Assembly (NCBI GenBank): GCA_965229825.1
Contig: CBDDJQ010000012.1
Coordinates: 364,067 to 428,066 of the forward strand
Origin: Vicinamibacterales bacterium
Lineage (GTDB): Bacteria; Acidobacteriota; Vicinamibacteria; Vicinamibacterales; UBA8438
Reading direction: 5' to 3'
Length of the DNA stretch: 64,000 nucleotides
The notes under the pieces are model-generated. The model did not search any database and was not told the DNA's origin. It saw only the letters and a list, made by a program, of their open reading frames with translations. Positions 38,422 to 46,789 of this stretch are shown here, in pieces. Position 1 is the stretch's first letter. Each line of letters starts with the position of its first letter. Position numbers and translations under genes: made by a program.

Positions 38422-38627
38422 GTACGCAGGCAATTCGCACGCTTGTGCTTCCGATGCGCGGGCAATCCGTCGACCGCCCCGGCCCGGATTCCCCCGGGTT
38501 GCGCCCGGTTGGGCGTCGACGCGGTGCCTGGCGGTTTCCGCTTCGCTCGCCGGCGCGCCGCCGTTGGCGGGGTGACAGGGGAGACGCGATTGCGGCACAC
38601 TGTGGCCGATGGGTCTCCTCGGGGCCG

Positions 38628-38643
38628 GGCGTCTGCGCCGTAG
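38628..38643. repeat. GTCTGCGCCGTAG motif copy
   Basis: GGCGTCTGCGCCGTAG upstream of the preferred GTG start of the multicopper oxidase. Confidence 0.45.
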
Positions 38644-38716
38644 AACAGCGCGGACTCCTGCAGGATGGGCAGGGTGGTCAGCGGCGCCCCAAGGCGGCGT
38701 CCGGGCCGGCGCCTGC

Positions 38717-40876
38717 GTGCGGCTGAGCCTCTTCGTGTGTCTCGCGGCGTTGCCGGCGTTGTCGGCGTTCGCGCCACCCGCCGCGGCCGGCCAGCCGGTC
38801 GCCGACAACGTCCGGTGTCCGGCCCTCGACCCGCGCGGACCCGCGGCCGACCCCGACCTGTACTGCATCGACCTGGTTCACGTTCCCGATTTGCCCGGCG
38901 TCTCGGGCTACGTCGAGCTCACGCCGTCGCCCTCGCCGTTCGGCGCCTCGGTCACCGCCGAGGGCCATCACCGCTTCGACCTGACCATCCACGCCGCCGG
39001 CCTGCCCGATCCGGCGGAGCTCGGCGCCTACCGCGGCTACGTGGCCTGGGCCACCACGCCGCGCCTGCGGCCGGTGCTGAACCTGGGCCCGGTCGCGAAC
39101 GGCCGCACCGCCCTCCCGCCCGTCGACCTCGACAAGTTTCTGGTGCTCGTCACCGCCGAGCCGGCGCCGGACGGGACGGCGTGGGGCGGACGCATCGTGC
39201 TGCGGGGCACCTCGGCCGGCATGCGCATGGAGCCGGAGGACCTGCTGGCCGTGACCGGCATGGTCCGGGGCGCCGCGCCGCCCTCGGCTCCGCCCGGGTG
39301 GACGCGTCCGCCCATGCACCCCGCGGTCGAGATGATGCCGGGGGTCGACCGTCTCGCTCCGCCCGTCGACCCGTTCCTGCCGTCGTCGTCGGAACCCCTG
39401 CCCGGCGCCCGTCCGCGCGAGGTCGTCCGCCTCGGCGACGGCGGCACGCTCGACCTCGAGGCGGGCCTCGTCCGCCGGACGATCGCGGGCCGCACGTTCA
39501 CGATGTACGGCTTCAACGGACAGTACCCCGGCCCGCTCATCCGGGTGCCGCAAGGGGCCGCGATCACCGTGAACGTCATCAACCGGCTCGAGGTGCCGAC
39601 GGCCGTGCATTGGCACGGCATCCGCCTCGAGAACCGGTTCGACGGCGTCCCCGGCCTCACCCAGGACCCCATCGCCCCGGGCGAGACCTTCCGGTACCGG
39701 ATTCACTTTCCGGACGCCGGCCTCTACTGGTATCACCCGCATCACCGCGAGGACATCCAGCAGGATCTGGGGCTGTACGGGAACCTGCGGGTGGATGCAG
39801 CCGACCCGGCGTACTTCGGCCCGGCGAACCGCGAGCAGGTGTTGATGCTGGACGACCTGCTGGTGGGCGAGACGGGCCTCCTGCCGTTCGGCCGCGACCG
39901 GGCGACGCATGCGCTGATGGGCCGGTTCGGGAACCTGCTGCTCGTCAACGGCGAGCCCGACTATCGCCTGACGGTGGCGCGGGGCGAGGTCGTCCGTTTC
40001 TTCCTGACCAACGTCTCGAATACGCGCACGTTCAACGTCTCGTTCGGCGGCGCCGCGATCAAGCTGGTGGCGTCGGACGTCGGGAAGTTCGAGCGGCAGA
40101 CCTGGGTCGACAGCGTGGTGATCGCGCCGGCCGAGCGCTACATCGTCGAGGTCCGGTTCGACGAATCGGGGGAGACCCCGTTCGTCAATCGCGTGCGCGC
40201 CATCGACCATGTCTACGGGAACTACTTTCCCGACGAGACGGCGCTGGGCGCGATCTCCGTCACCGATACCCCGGCCGCGCCGGACCACGGGGCGAGCTTC
40301 CGGACACTGCGGAGCCACCCGGACGTCGGGGCCGATGTCGACCGCTACCGGGATGCATTCGATCGGCCGGTCGACCACCGGCTCCTCCTGACCCTCGAGC
40401 TCGACGACCTGCCCGACCCGCTCGAGCTGCTGCTGAACCTGGACCGGTCGTTCTTCAACCCCGTCGAGTGGAGCGGCACCATGCCCCGCATGAACTGGGT
40501 CACGACCGCGGACCGGGTGCGGTGGATACTGCGCGACCTCGATACCGGCCTCGAGAACGACGCCATCGACTGGCGCTTCGCCCGGGGCGACGTGGTCAAG
40601 ATTCGCCTGCGCAACGACCGCGGCGCCGTGCACGCGATGCAGCACCCGGTGCACATCCACGGGCAGCGGTTTCTCGTGCTGCGCCGAGACGGGGTTCCGA
40701 ACGACAATCTGGTCTGGAAGGATACGCTGCTGCTGCCGGTCGGGTCGACCGCCGACCTCCTGCTGGAGCTGTCCAACCCGGGCCGCTGGATGCTGCACTG
40801 TCACATCGCGGAGCATCTCGAATCGGGGATGAATCTGGTCTTCGATGTCGCGGCGGGTCCGCCGCCGGGGCGCTGA
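38717..40876 (+). CDS. multicopper oxidase with about 280-aa N-terminal extension
   Basis: All four Cu motifs are present: HWHG, WYHPH, HPVHIHG, HCHIAEH. GTG 38717 gives signal peptide RLSLFVCLAALPALSAFAPPAAAG. The alternative ATG at 38609 would place an intergenic repeat motif inside the gene. Confidence 0.85.
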   Translation: MRLSLFVCLAALPALSAFAPPAAAGQPVADNVRCPALDPRGPAADPDLYCIDLVHVPDLPGVSGYVELTPSPSPFGASVTAEGHHRFDLTIHAAGLPDPAELGAYRGYVAWATTPRLRPVLNLGPVANGRTALPPVDLDKFLVLVTAEPAPDGTAWGGRIVLRGTSAGMRMEPEDLLAVTGMVRGAAPPSAPPGWTRPPMHPAVEMMPGVDRLAPPVDPFLPSSSEPLPGARPREVVRLGDGGTLDLEAGLVRRTIAGRTFTMYGFNGQYPGPLIRVPQGAAITVNVINRLEVPTAVHWHGIRLENRFDGVPGLTQDPIAPGETFRYRIHFPDAGLYWYHPHHREDIQQDLGLYGNLRVDAADPAYFGPANREQVLMLDDLLVGETGLLPFGRDRATHALMGRFGNLLLVNGEPDYRLTVARGEVVRFFLTNVSNTRTFNVSFGGAAIKLVASDVGKFERQTWVDSVVIAPAERYIVEVRFDESGETPFVNRVRAIDHVYGNYFPDETALGAISVTDTPAAPDHGASFRTLRSHPDVGADVDRYRDAFDRPVDHRLLLTLELDDLPDPLELLLNLDRSFFNPVEWSGTMPRMNWVTTADRVRWILRDLDTGLENDAIDWRFARGDVVKIRLRNDRGAVHAMQHPVHIHGQRFLVLRRDGVPNDNLVWKDTLLLPVGSTADLLLELSNPGRWMLHCHIAEHLESGMNLVFDVAAGPPPGR

Positions 40877-41036
40877 GCTGCCGGGCCGCCGGGATGCTGC
40901 ATTGCCACATCGCGGAGCATCTCGAGTCGGGGATGAAGCGGGTGTTCGACGTGGCGGCGGGTCCGGCGCCGGGGCCCCGAGCGCTGAATCGGGGATGAAG
41001 CGGAGTGTTCGACGTCGTGGCAGGTCCGCTCCGGGG
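40788..41036 (+). repeat. about 104-bp tandem duplication (2.5 copies) of the multicopper oxidase 3' end
   Basis: Copy 1 (40788-40876) is the true gene end (MLHCHIAEHLESGMNLVFDVAAGPPPGR stop). Copy 2 (40892-40987) would encode MLHCHIAEHLESGMKRVFDVAAGPAPG. A partial copy 3 occupies 40987-41036. Confidence 0.85.
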
Positions 41037-41148
41037 TGGTGAGGCGGGCCGCGACCGTTGGCGGCCGACCGATGACACGCTGACGTGTTCGTCGCGTGCA
41101 GGGGGCGCCGCTCCGAACAGTACGAGATCCAGGACGGTGGAGGAAACC

Positions 41149-42567
41149 ATGCGCAGACTGATCGCCACGCTCGTCATTCTGGCCGCGTCCGCGGCTCCCG
41201 GCGCGGCCCAGCCCGCGAGCTCGCTGTCCGACGCGGTGCGGCAGTTCGTCGAGGTCGACGACGCGGTGGTCGCGCTGACCGGCGTGCAGGTGGTGGACGG
41301 CACCGGCCGACCCGCCGCCGCCGGCCAGACCGTCCTGATCCGGGACGGCCGCATCGCCGCGGTGGGGCCCGACGCCGAGGTCGCGGTCCCTGCCGGGGCC
41401 CGCACGCTGGCCCTCCCCGGGCACACCGTCTTGCCCGGGTTCGTCGGCCTCCACGACCACACGTTCTACATGACCCGCGGCCGGCGGGTGCAGCTCAACT
41501 TCAGCGCGCCGCGTCTCTATCTGGCGAGCGGGGTGACGACCATCCGGACCACCGGCGCCTTCTCGCCGTACAGCGAGCTGAACCTCAAGCACGCGATCGC
41601 CGAGGGCCGCGAGATCGGACCGCGGATGTACATCACCGGACCGTATCTGTCGGGCGCCGGTGCGTCGTCGCAGATGTTCCAGGTCGGGACCCCGGAGGAC
41701 GCGCGGCGGGTCGTGGCGTACTGGGCCGACGAGGGCGTGGACTGGTTCAAGGCCTACACCCGCATCGGCGACGAGGAGCTGGCCGCGGCCATCGACGAGG
41801 CGCATCGGCGGGGCGTCAAGGTCACCGGGCACCTGTGCTCGGTCTCGTTCCAGGAGGCGGTTGACCTCGGCATCGACAACATCGAGCACGGCTTCTTCAC
41901 CAACAGCGACTACGTCCCCGGCAAGGAGCCGGGGGTCTGTCCGCCCGGCGTGCAGCGCAGCCTGCTCGAGGTCGACGTGGAGGGCGACGCCGTCGCCGCC
42001 ACCATCCGCGCCATGGTCGAGGGCGGCGTCGCCATGACCTCGACCCTCGCCGTCTACGAGCTCGCGGTCCCGAACCGTCCCCCCCTCGAGGACCGGGTGC
42101 TCGAGATGCTCGCTCCCGGCGCCCGCGACGAGTACCTCGCGTCGCGCGCCGACATCGCATCGCGCGACGACGCGCCGATGGCGACCCTGTTTCCCAAAGC
42201 GCAGCGTTTCGAGAAGCTGTTCGTCGACGCGGGCGGGCTGCTCGCGGCCGGGGTCGACCCCACCGGCATGGGCGGGGCCCTGCCCGGCTACGGCGACCAG
42301 CGGAACTACGAGCTGCTGCTCGAGGCCAAGTTCACGCCCGAGCAGGTCATCGAGATCATGACCCTGAACGGTGCCCGCGTCCTGGGCGAGGACGCCCGGT
42401 TCGGCTCGGTCGAGGCCGGCAAGCTGGCCGACCTGATCGTCATCGACGGCGATCCGGTGCGCCGCCCGGCCGAGATCCGCGACGTCACCCTGGTCTTCAA
42501 GGAGGGCGTCGGTTACGACGCCGCCGCCCTCGCCGAGTCCGTGAAGGGCATCGTCGGCTTGCGCTGA
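41149..42567 (+). CDS. amidohydrolase-family metallohydrolase, secreted
   Basis: ATG 41149 follows GGAGGAAA, with a signal peptide. VLPGFVGLHDH metal-binding start and a C-terminal GKLADLIVIDGDP pattern. Confidence 0.85.
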   Translation: MRRLIATLVILAASAAPGAAQPASSLSDAVRQFVEVDDAVVALTGVQVVDGTGRPAAAGQTVLIRDGRIAAVGPDAEVAVPAGARTLALPGHTVLPGFVGLHDHTFYMTRGRRVQLNFSAPRLYLASGVTTIRTTGAFSPYSELNLKHAIAEGREIGPRMYITGPYLSGAGASSQMFQVGTPEDARRVVAYWADEGVDWFKAYTRIGDEELAAAIDEAHRRGVKVTGHLCSVSFQEAVDLGIDNIEHGFFTNSDYVPGKEPGVCPPGVQRSLLEVDVEGDAVAATIRAMVEGGVAMTSTLAVYELAVPNRPPLEDRVLEMLAPGARDEYLASRADIASRDDAPMATLFPKAQRFEKLFVDAGGLLAAGVDPTGMGGALPGYGDQRNYELLLEAKFTPEQVIEIMTLNGARVLGEDARFGSVEAGKLADLIVIDGDPVRRPAEIRDVTLVFKEGVGYDAAALAESVKGIVGLR

Positions 42568-42659
42568 GCTGTGGGTCCCTCCGGGACTCCCATCTTTCCT
42601 TCCGTGGGTGGAGTTCGTCAGCAGTCAGCCGGCGCTCGATTGAGGAGCCGTAGCGGCTG

Positions 42660-42793
42660 ATGATCGGTCTCGACACCAACGCTTGGTGCGCTACATCATG
42701 CAGGGCGATCCCGATCAGTCGGCCGCCGCCGTCCGCCTCATCGAAGGTCGATGTACCGCGCAAGAACCCGGATACCTCGGCGTTCCGGTGCTG
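42660..42793 (+). pseudogene. vapC-type PIN toxin, N-terminal fragment with a 1-nt deletion
   Basis: MIGLDTN, then after a frame change LVRYIMQGDPDQSAAAVRLIEGRCTAQEPGYLGVPVL. Homology stops abruptly at about 42793. Only about 90 nt of possible antitoxin tail remains upstream. Confidence 0.6.
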
Positions 42794-42905
42794 CCAGGAA
42801 GTCGTCGATGACGTGCGCCAGTGCGGGGTTCGACGGCCCGAAGCCGGTGGCGAGAAAGTCGCGGAGCGCGCCGGCCACCTCGTCGGCGACGACGGAGGGA
42901 ATCAT
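42792..42905 (-). pseudogene. 38-codon 5' remnant of a second giant DruE/Hhe-like helicase gene
   Basis: MIPSVVADEVAGALRDFLATGFGPSNPALAHVIDDFLA versus the N-terminus of the 2219-aa protein, MIPSVVAAEVTGALHDFLATGFGPSNSGLAHVIDDFLA (33/38 identical). About 86% nucleotide identity to 53338-53448, counted by hand. The ATG overlaps the Fic stop (ATGA). Confidence 0.75.
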
Positions 42906-44461
42906 CGCGACCGGACCTCCGGCACGATTCGCGTCGCCCTGTGCCCCCCGTCCGTCAGCCCGGCCAGGAAATCGGTGAACGGGCCGATGTCCCCGCGCAC
43001 GCTCGCGTCTTCCAGCGCCGCCATGTACGCGTCCCGCTGTTCCACCGGAATGATGGTCCAGGGATAGCCGGCGGCCGTCAGCATCAGGTTCATCAGGAAC
43101 CGGGCGATGCGGCCGTTGCCGTCCGGGTAAGGATGGACGTAGACGAACACGAAGTGGCCGAGCACGATCTGCACGGGCGGGTCGGGTTCTTCGCGCAGCA
43201 GATCGAAGAAGGCCGGCACCGCGTCGCGGACCGCCGCGGGCGCCGGCGGCACGTGCCTGGAGCCCTGGATGTAGACGGGGCCGTCGCGGTAGCCCGCGAG
43301 GTCGGCCGGCCGCGCGAGACCCCCCGCGACGCTCGGCGCGAACAGCTCCCGGTACCAGATCCGGTGATCCGCCTCCGCGACCGCGCCGGGCGATTCGCCC
43401 GCGAACACGCGGCGGACGCCGGCGCGCACGGCTTGGTGAGCCTGCCAGTAGCCACGGGCGGCGAGCGCGTCGCGGTGCGCGCGGTCCTGGGGGTGGAGTT
43501 CCGGGTTCCAGGCCCCGCTCCGCACCCGGTCGATCAGGGCCGGGCTGACGCGGTAGCCCTCGATGGAGAGCGAATGGTAGGCGTCCGTCACGTAGGCGTC
43601 CGCGATCCGGGTGACCACGGCGTCGACGTCCGCGGAGCGGCCGGGCGGCGCGGGAAAGCCCTCGAGAACGCGGCTTCGCATTGCGTCCCACAGCGAACGG
43701 AGGCGCTGAACCACCGGGGAAGCGCCGTGGCGGACGGGCAGGCTGGGGGGCGGCGCCGCGAAGGGATTGGACTCGCGCACGTCGAAGTCGGCCGTGCGCA
43801 TGGTGGCGGCGACCTCGTCCGCGACCTGGTCCCGGCCGACATCGCGGAAGGCGGCGGCCAGACGCCCGGCGACCGTCGCGTGGCCCCCGGCGAGGAGGCG
43901 CGGCAGCAGATCCGACGCATCGCGCACGAGGGCGAGCGCTGCCCGTGCATCGACCGGGAACCGGAGAAAGAACCGCGCCGGGCACGCGACCAGCGCGGCG
44001 GGCAGACTGAACGCGCGCATCCCCTCCAGCTCCACGACGCCACCGGCGTCAGGCGTTGCGGCGCGGACCTCGAGCAGGGACGTGCCATGCAGCAACGGGG
44101 TGACCCGATTGCGACCGCGGGGCGCCCGGACGAGAAGCTGCTCCGGCACCGTCCGGTTGCCGGCGTGGAGCGCGATCGACTGCTCGGGCGACAGACACCA
44201 CGCCGCGCCGAAGCGGACGTCCAGGTACCCGGCGCAGAAGCCCCAGAACGACGCGTACCACGCCGTACTGTCGCCCGTGCCCCGATCCGGCGCCCGGGCG
44301 ACGTACCATCCCTTCATCACCGGCGCCAGGAACCCGTGCCGGACGAGACGCTCGCGGTGCGTCCGCGCGAGATCCGCGGCGCGGATCGCGACCACGCCAC
44401 GCTTCTGAAGGGACCGCAGGAGGTCCAGCGAACCGGCCAGCTTCTCTGACGGCGGCGTCAT
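42902..44461 (-). CDS. Fic-family protein (class II, intramolecular inhibitory motif)
   Basis: 519 aa. Fic motif HPYPDGNGRIAR. Inhibitory (S/T)xxxE(G/N) motif in YHSLSIEGY upstream of it. Confidence 0.9.
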   Translation of the reverse strand: MTPPSEKLAGSLDLLRSLQKRGVVAIRAADLARTHRERLVRHGFLAPVMKGWYVARAPDRGTGDSTAWYASFWGFCAGYLDVRFGAAWCLSPEQSIALHAGNRTVPEQLLVRAPRGRNRVTPLLHGTSLLEVRAATPDAGGVVELEGMRAFSLPAALVACPARFFLRFPVDARAALALVRDASDLLPRLLAGGHATVAGRLAAAFRDVGRDQVADEVAATMRTADFDVRESNPFAAPPPSLPVRHGASPVVQRLRSLWDAMRSRVLEGFPAPPGRSADVDAVVTRIADAYVTDAYHSLSIEGYRVSPALIDRVRSGAWNPELHPQDRAHRDALAARGYWQAHQAVRAGVRRVFAGESPGAVAEADHRIWYRELFAPSVAGGLARPADLAGYRDGPVYIQGSRHVPPAPAAVRDAVPAFFDLLREEPDPPVQIVLGHFVFVYVHPYPDGNGRIARFLMNLMLTAAGYPWTIIPVEQRDAYMAALEDASVRGDIGPFTDFLAGLTDGGHRATRIVPEVRSR

Positions 44462-44477
44462 CTCTGGCGCGCTCCCG

Positions 44478-44517
44478 TTAGCTTTTCGCGCTGTGTTGAT
44501 TTTAGCTTATCGTGCTG
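44478..44517 (-). promoter_or_regulatory. paired 16-bp direct repeats upstream of fic (candidate operator)
   Basis: TTAGCTTTTCGCGCTG (44478-44493) and TTAGCTTATCGTGCTG (44502-44517), with a third related TCATCGTGCTCA at about 44577. They lie 17-56 nt upstream of the fic ATG in a locally AT-richer spacer. Confidence 0.35.
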
Positions 44518-44680
44518 ACGCGCGGCCGATCAGGGCGATGGCGCGTCGCGGCGTCCTGTGCGAAGTTAACGTATGTTCATCGTGCTCATGACGGAACCTT
44601 GGGACGACTTGGCAATACCTGGCAAGGGGCCTGGGCGGTCATCGACGAGGTACGTCACTCCGTGACCTCGGCGCTCCGAG

Positions 44681-46789
44681 CTACAGCAGGCGGCTCGGCG
44701 TGTCGAAGCTCAGAACCAGCAGCTCCTTCTTCGCGCGCGTCGACGCTACGTAGATCAGCGCACGTTCCTCCGTCTCCGCCGATTCCCGCTCCACGGCGTC
44801 GCCGCGGGCGTCGATGGCGGCAGGTAGCGGCACCAGGTCGGCGTTGATGCTGGCCATGACGACGCGGTCGAACTCCAGCCCCTTGACGCGATGCATGGTG
44901 GCTAGTCGGACGCCCTCCGTCTCCGCCGTGTCGACCGCGCCGGCTTCGAGTGCGACGTGCGCAAGATTGTGTTCCCGGAGCGTGCCCGCGATGGCGTCGC
45001 GCTCGCGCCGGGTACGGGCGACGACGCAGACTCCGCGCAACGACGAGTCTTCCGCCTGGACTTCTTTCAGGTAGGCGACGATGAACGCGGACTGCTCCTC
45101 GCGGCTCTCGAAGTGTCTGAGCAGCGGTTCCGGGCCGCGGGTCAGCGACGTTATGCCCCTGTCGTCGTCCGAACCGCCGTCGAGGTCGTCGATCGCGCGG
45201 CCAGCCAGTAGGCGAGCGGCCCAACGGCGGGTTTCCTCGGTAGTGCGGTAGTTCAGCCGCAGCTTCCGCGATCGGCCGCGGACGTCGATGCCGCAACGGC
45301 CGAGCACGACCCTGTTCCGGCCGTAGATGCGCTGGTGGCCGTCGCCGACCACGAAGAGATCGTCGGCGGCGACGGGCACGATGTTGCGGATCAGGCGATA
45401 CGCCTGCGCGCCCATGTCTTGCGCCTCATCCACGATCACCGCGGCGTAGTCCAGCGCGCCCCGGTCGTTCTGGAGCAGCACGGCGGTATCGCGGTACGCG
45501 TCGTCCACTTCCTTCAGACCCCGCTCCGCCAGTTGAGTGCGGTACTCGTCGAATACGCGCCACGCCTTCGCGCGGGCGGCCCGGTTGAGGCGGCTGCCGC
45601 GGCCGACGCGAGAGACGCGCAGGTACTCGTCCAGCGTCGTCACGCCTTGGGCCTGCACGACCTGCTCCCACTCGTCGTCGTAGAACCCGTCGGGAAAGTC
45701 CAGGTCGGGGGGTTTCAGGTCCAACGCCCGCTGCCACGCGTCGTGGTCGCGGCCGAAGACGATGCGGAACTGGTAGCGACGGCCCCGCAGGAAGCGCACC
45801 ACCCAGTGGTCGAGGTTCGTGACGTCGATGCGCGCCAGCTCCTCGGGCTTGCAGATCGCGCCCAGGTTGTGCTTGATGTCGGCGGCCAGGTTCCTCGTGA
45901 AGGTAGTGAACAGGATGCGGCTGCGTCCCGGCAAGTTCCGCGCGAGCCACCGCGCGCGGTGCATGGCCACCACCGTCTTGCCGGTGCCGGCCGCGCCCAG
46001 CACCCGCGCGGGACCGTTCCATTGCCGTTCCACGAGGCGGCGCTGCGACGGGTGGAGGAACACCCGCCAGCGCTCCAGCGGCGCGTTGAGCATTGCCTCG
46101 AGCTCCAGCTCGTCTTCGACCACCACGAAGCGGCCCCGCGACTCGTGGCGGGCCAGCGCGGTGGCGAAGTCTCCGGTGTCGACCGGCTCAGGTGGAGCCT
46201 CCCGGTCGCGGACGAGCTGCTCGTAGCTCTCGCCCGCCAAGTAGAGGAAGAGGGCCTCGTAGGCTTCCAGGGGCAGGCGAGGCTGCATCCCGTCCAGCTC
46301 GGCGTCGTCCCGCACCGTGCGCACCTCGGCGAGCATGGCGGACGGGACTCCGAGCCGGGCCAGCTCCCGGTCCCGCAGCTTGCCGAAGGCCGGCGCCGAC
46401 GCCGCCGCATCCGCCGGCGGCGCCTGTGCCTCGGTCGCCGGTTCGCTGCTGGGTTCGTACACCTGCAGCGCGCCCGTCTCGGGGTTGATGCGGCACTCGT
46501 GCCGTCCCGCCCACGCGTAGGCTGCGTCGTGCTTGTCCGCCCACAGCAGCATGTGGACATCGCCCTGGTCGGGCTTGAGCACGATCGCGCGGTAGCCCTG
46601 GTCGATGCGGAGCGACCGCATGGCCGGATCGCGGGCGGTGTGGATCTTCTCGTAGTTCAGCCCGCTGGCCGTGGAGTCGACGTTGAACCGGGAGATGAGC
46701 GTCCTGACCCCGCGCTGCTGCGGCCTCGGCAGCCGCGCGAAGGCGTCCAGGAAGTCGCTCGACATCGCCATCTTCGTTCGTCCGGCCAT
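44681..46789 (-). CDS. SF1 UvrD/Rep-like helicase with about 110-aa N-terminal RelE/ParE-like domain
   Basis: ATG 46789 overlaps the upstream stop (TGATG). Walker A is GAAGTGKT. UvrD_C end: ATMHRVKGLEFDRV, YVASTRAKKEL. The N-terminal pattern (FLDAFARLPRPQQ, YEKIHTARDPAMRSLRIDQGYRAIV, VHMLLWADKHDAAYAWA) resembles toxin-fold domains; this last point is inference. Confidence 0.85.
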   Translation of the reverse strand: MAGRTKMAMSSDFLDAFARLPRPQQRGVRTLISRFNVDSTASGLNYEKIHTARDPAMRSLRIDQGYRAIVLKPDQGDVHMLLWADKHDAAYAWAGRHECRINPETGALQVYEPSSEPATEAQAPPADAAASAPAFGKLRDRELARLGVPSAMLAEVRTVRDDAELDGMQPRLPLEAYEALFLYLAGESYEQLVRDREAPPEPVDTGDFATALARHESRGRFVVVEDELELEAMLNAPLERWRVFLHPSQRRLVERQWNGPARVLGAAGTGKTVVAMHRARWLARNLPGRSRILFTTFTRNLAADIKHNLGAICKPEELARIDVTNLDHWVVRFLRGRRYQFRIVFGRDHDAWQRALDLKPPDLDFPDGFYDDEWEQVVQAQGVTTLDEYLRVSRVGRGSRLNRAARAKAWRVFDEYRTQLAERGLKEVDDAYRDTAVLLQNDRGALDYAAVIVDEAQDMGAQAYRLIRNIVPVAADDLFVVGDGHQRIYGRNRVVLGRCGIDVRGRSRKLRLNYRTTEETRRWAARLLAGRAIDDLDGGSDDDRGITSLTRGPEPLLRHFESREEQSAFIVAYLKEVQAEDSSLRGVCVVARTRRERDAIAGTLREHNLAHVALEAGAVDTAETEGVRLATMHRVKGLEFDRVVMASINADLVPLPAAIDARGDAVERESAETEERALIYVASTRAKKELLVLSFDTPSRLL

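Noticed and set aside
38609-38716. ATG 38609 as the multicopper oxidase start, with an RLRRR Tat-like string.
   Set aside because: The segment contains the intergenic GTCTGCGCCGTAG repeat and lacks a canonical Tat consensus plus h-region. GTG 38717 gives a clean Sec signal peptide.
44600-44630. The TGGCAA-N4-TGGCAAG string as a sigma-54 -24/-12 promoter between the UvrD-like and fic genes.
   Set aside because: Spacing and the -12 element (TTGC) do not fit the TGGCAC-N5-TTGC consensus in either orientation.
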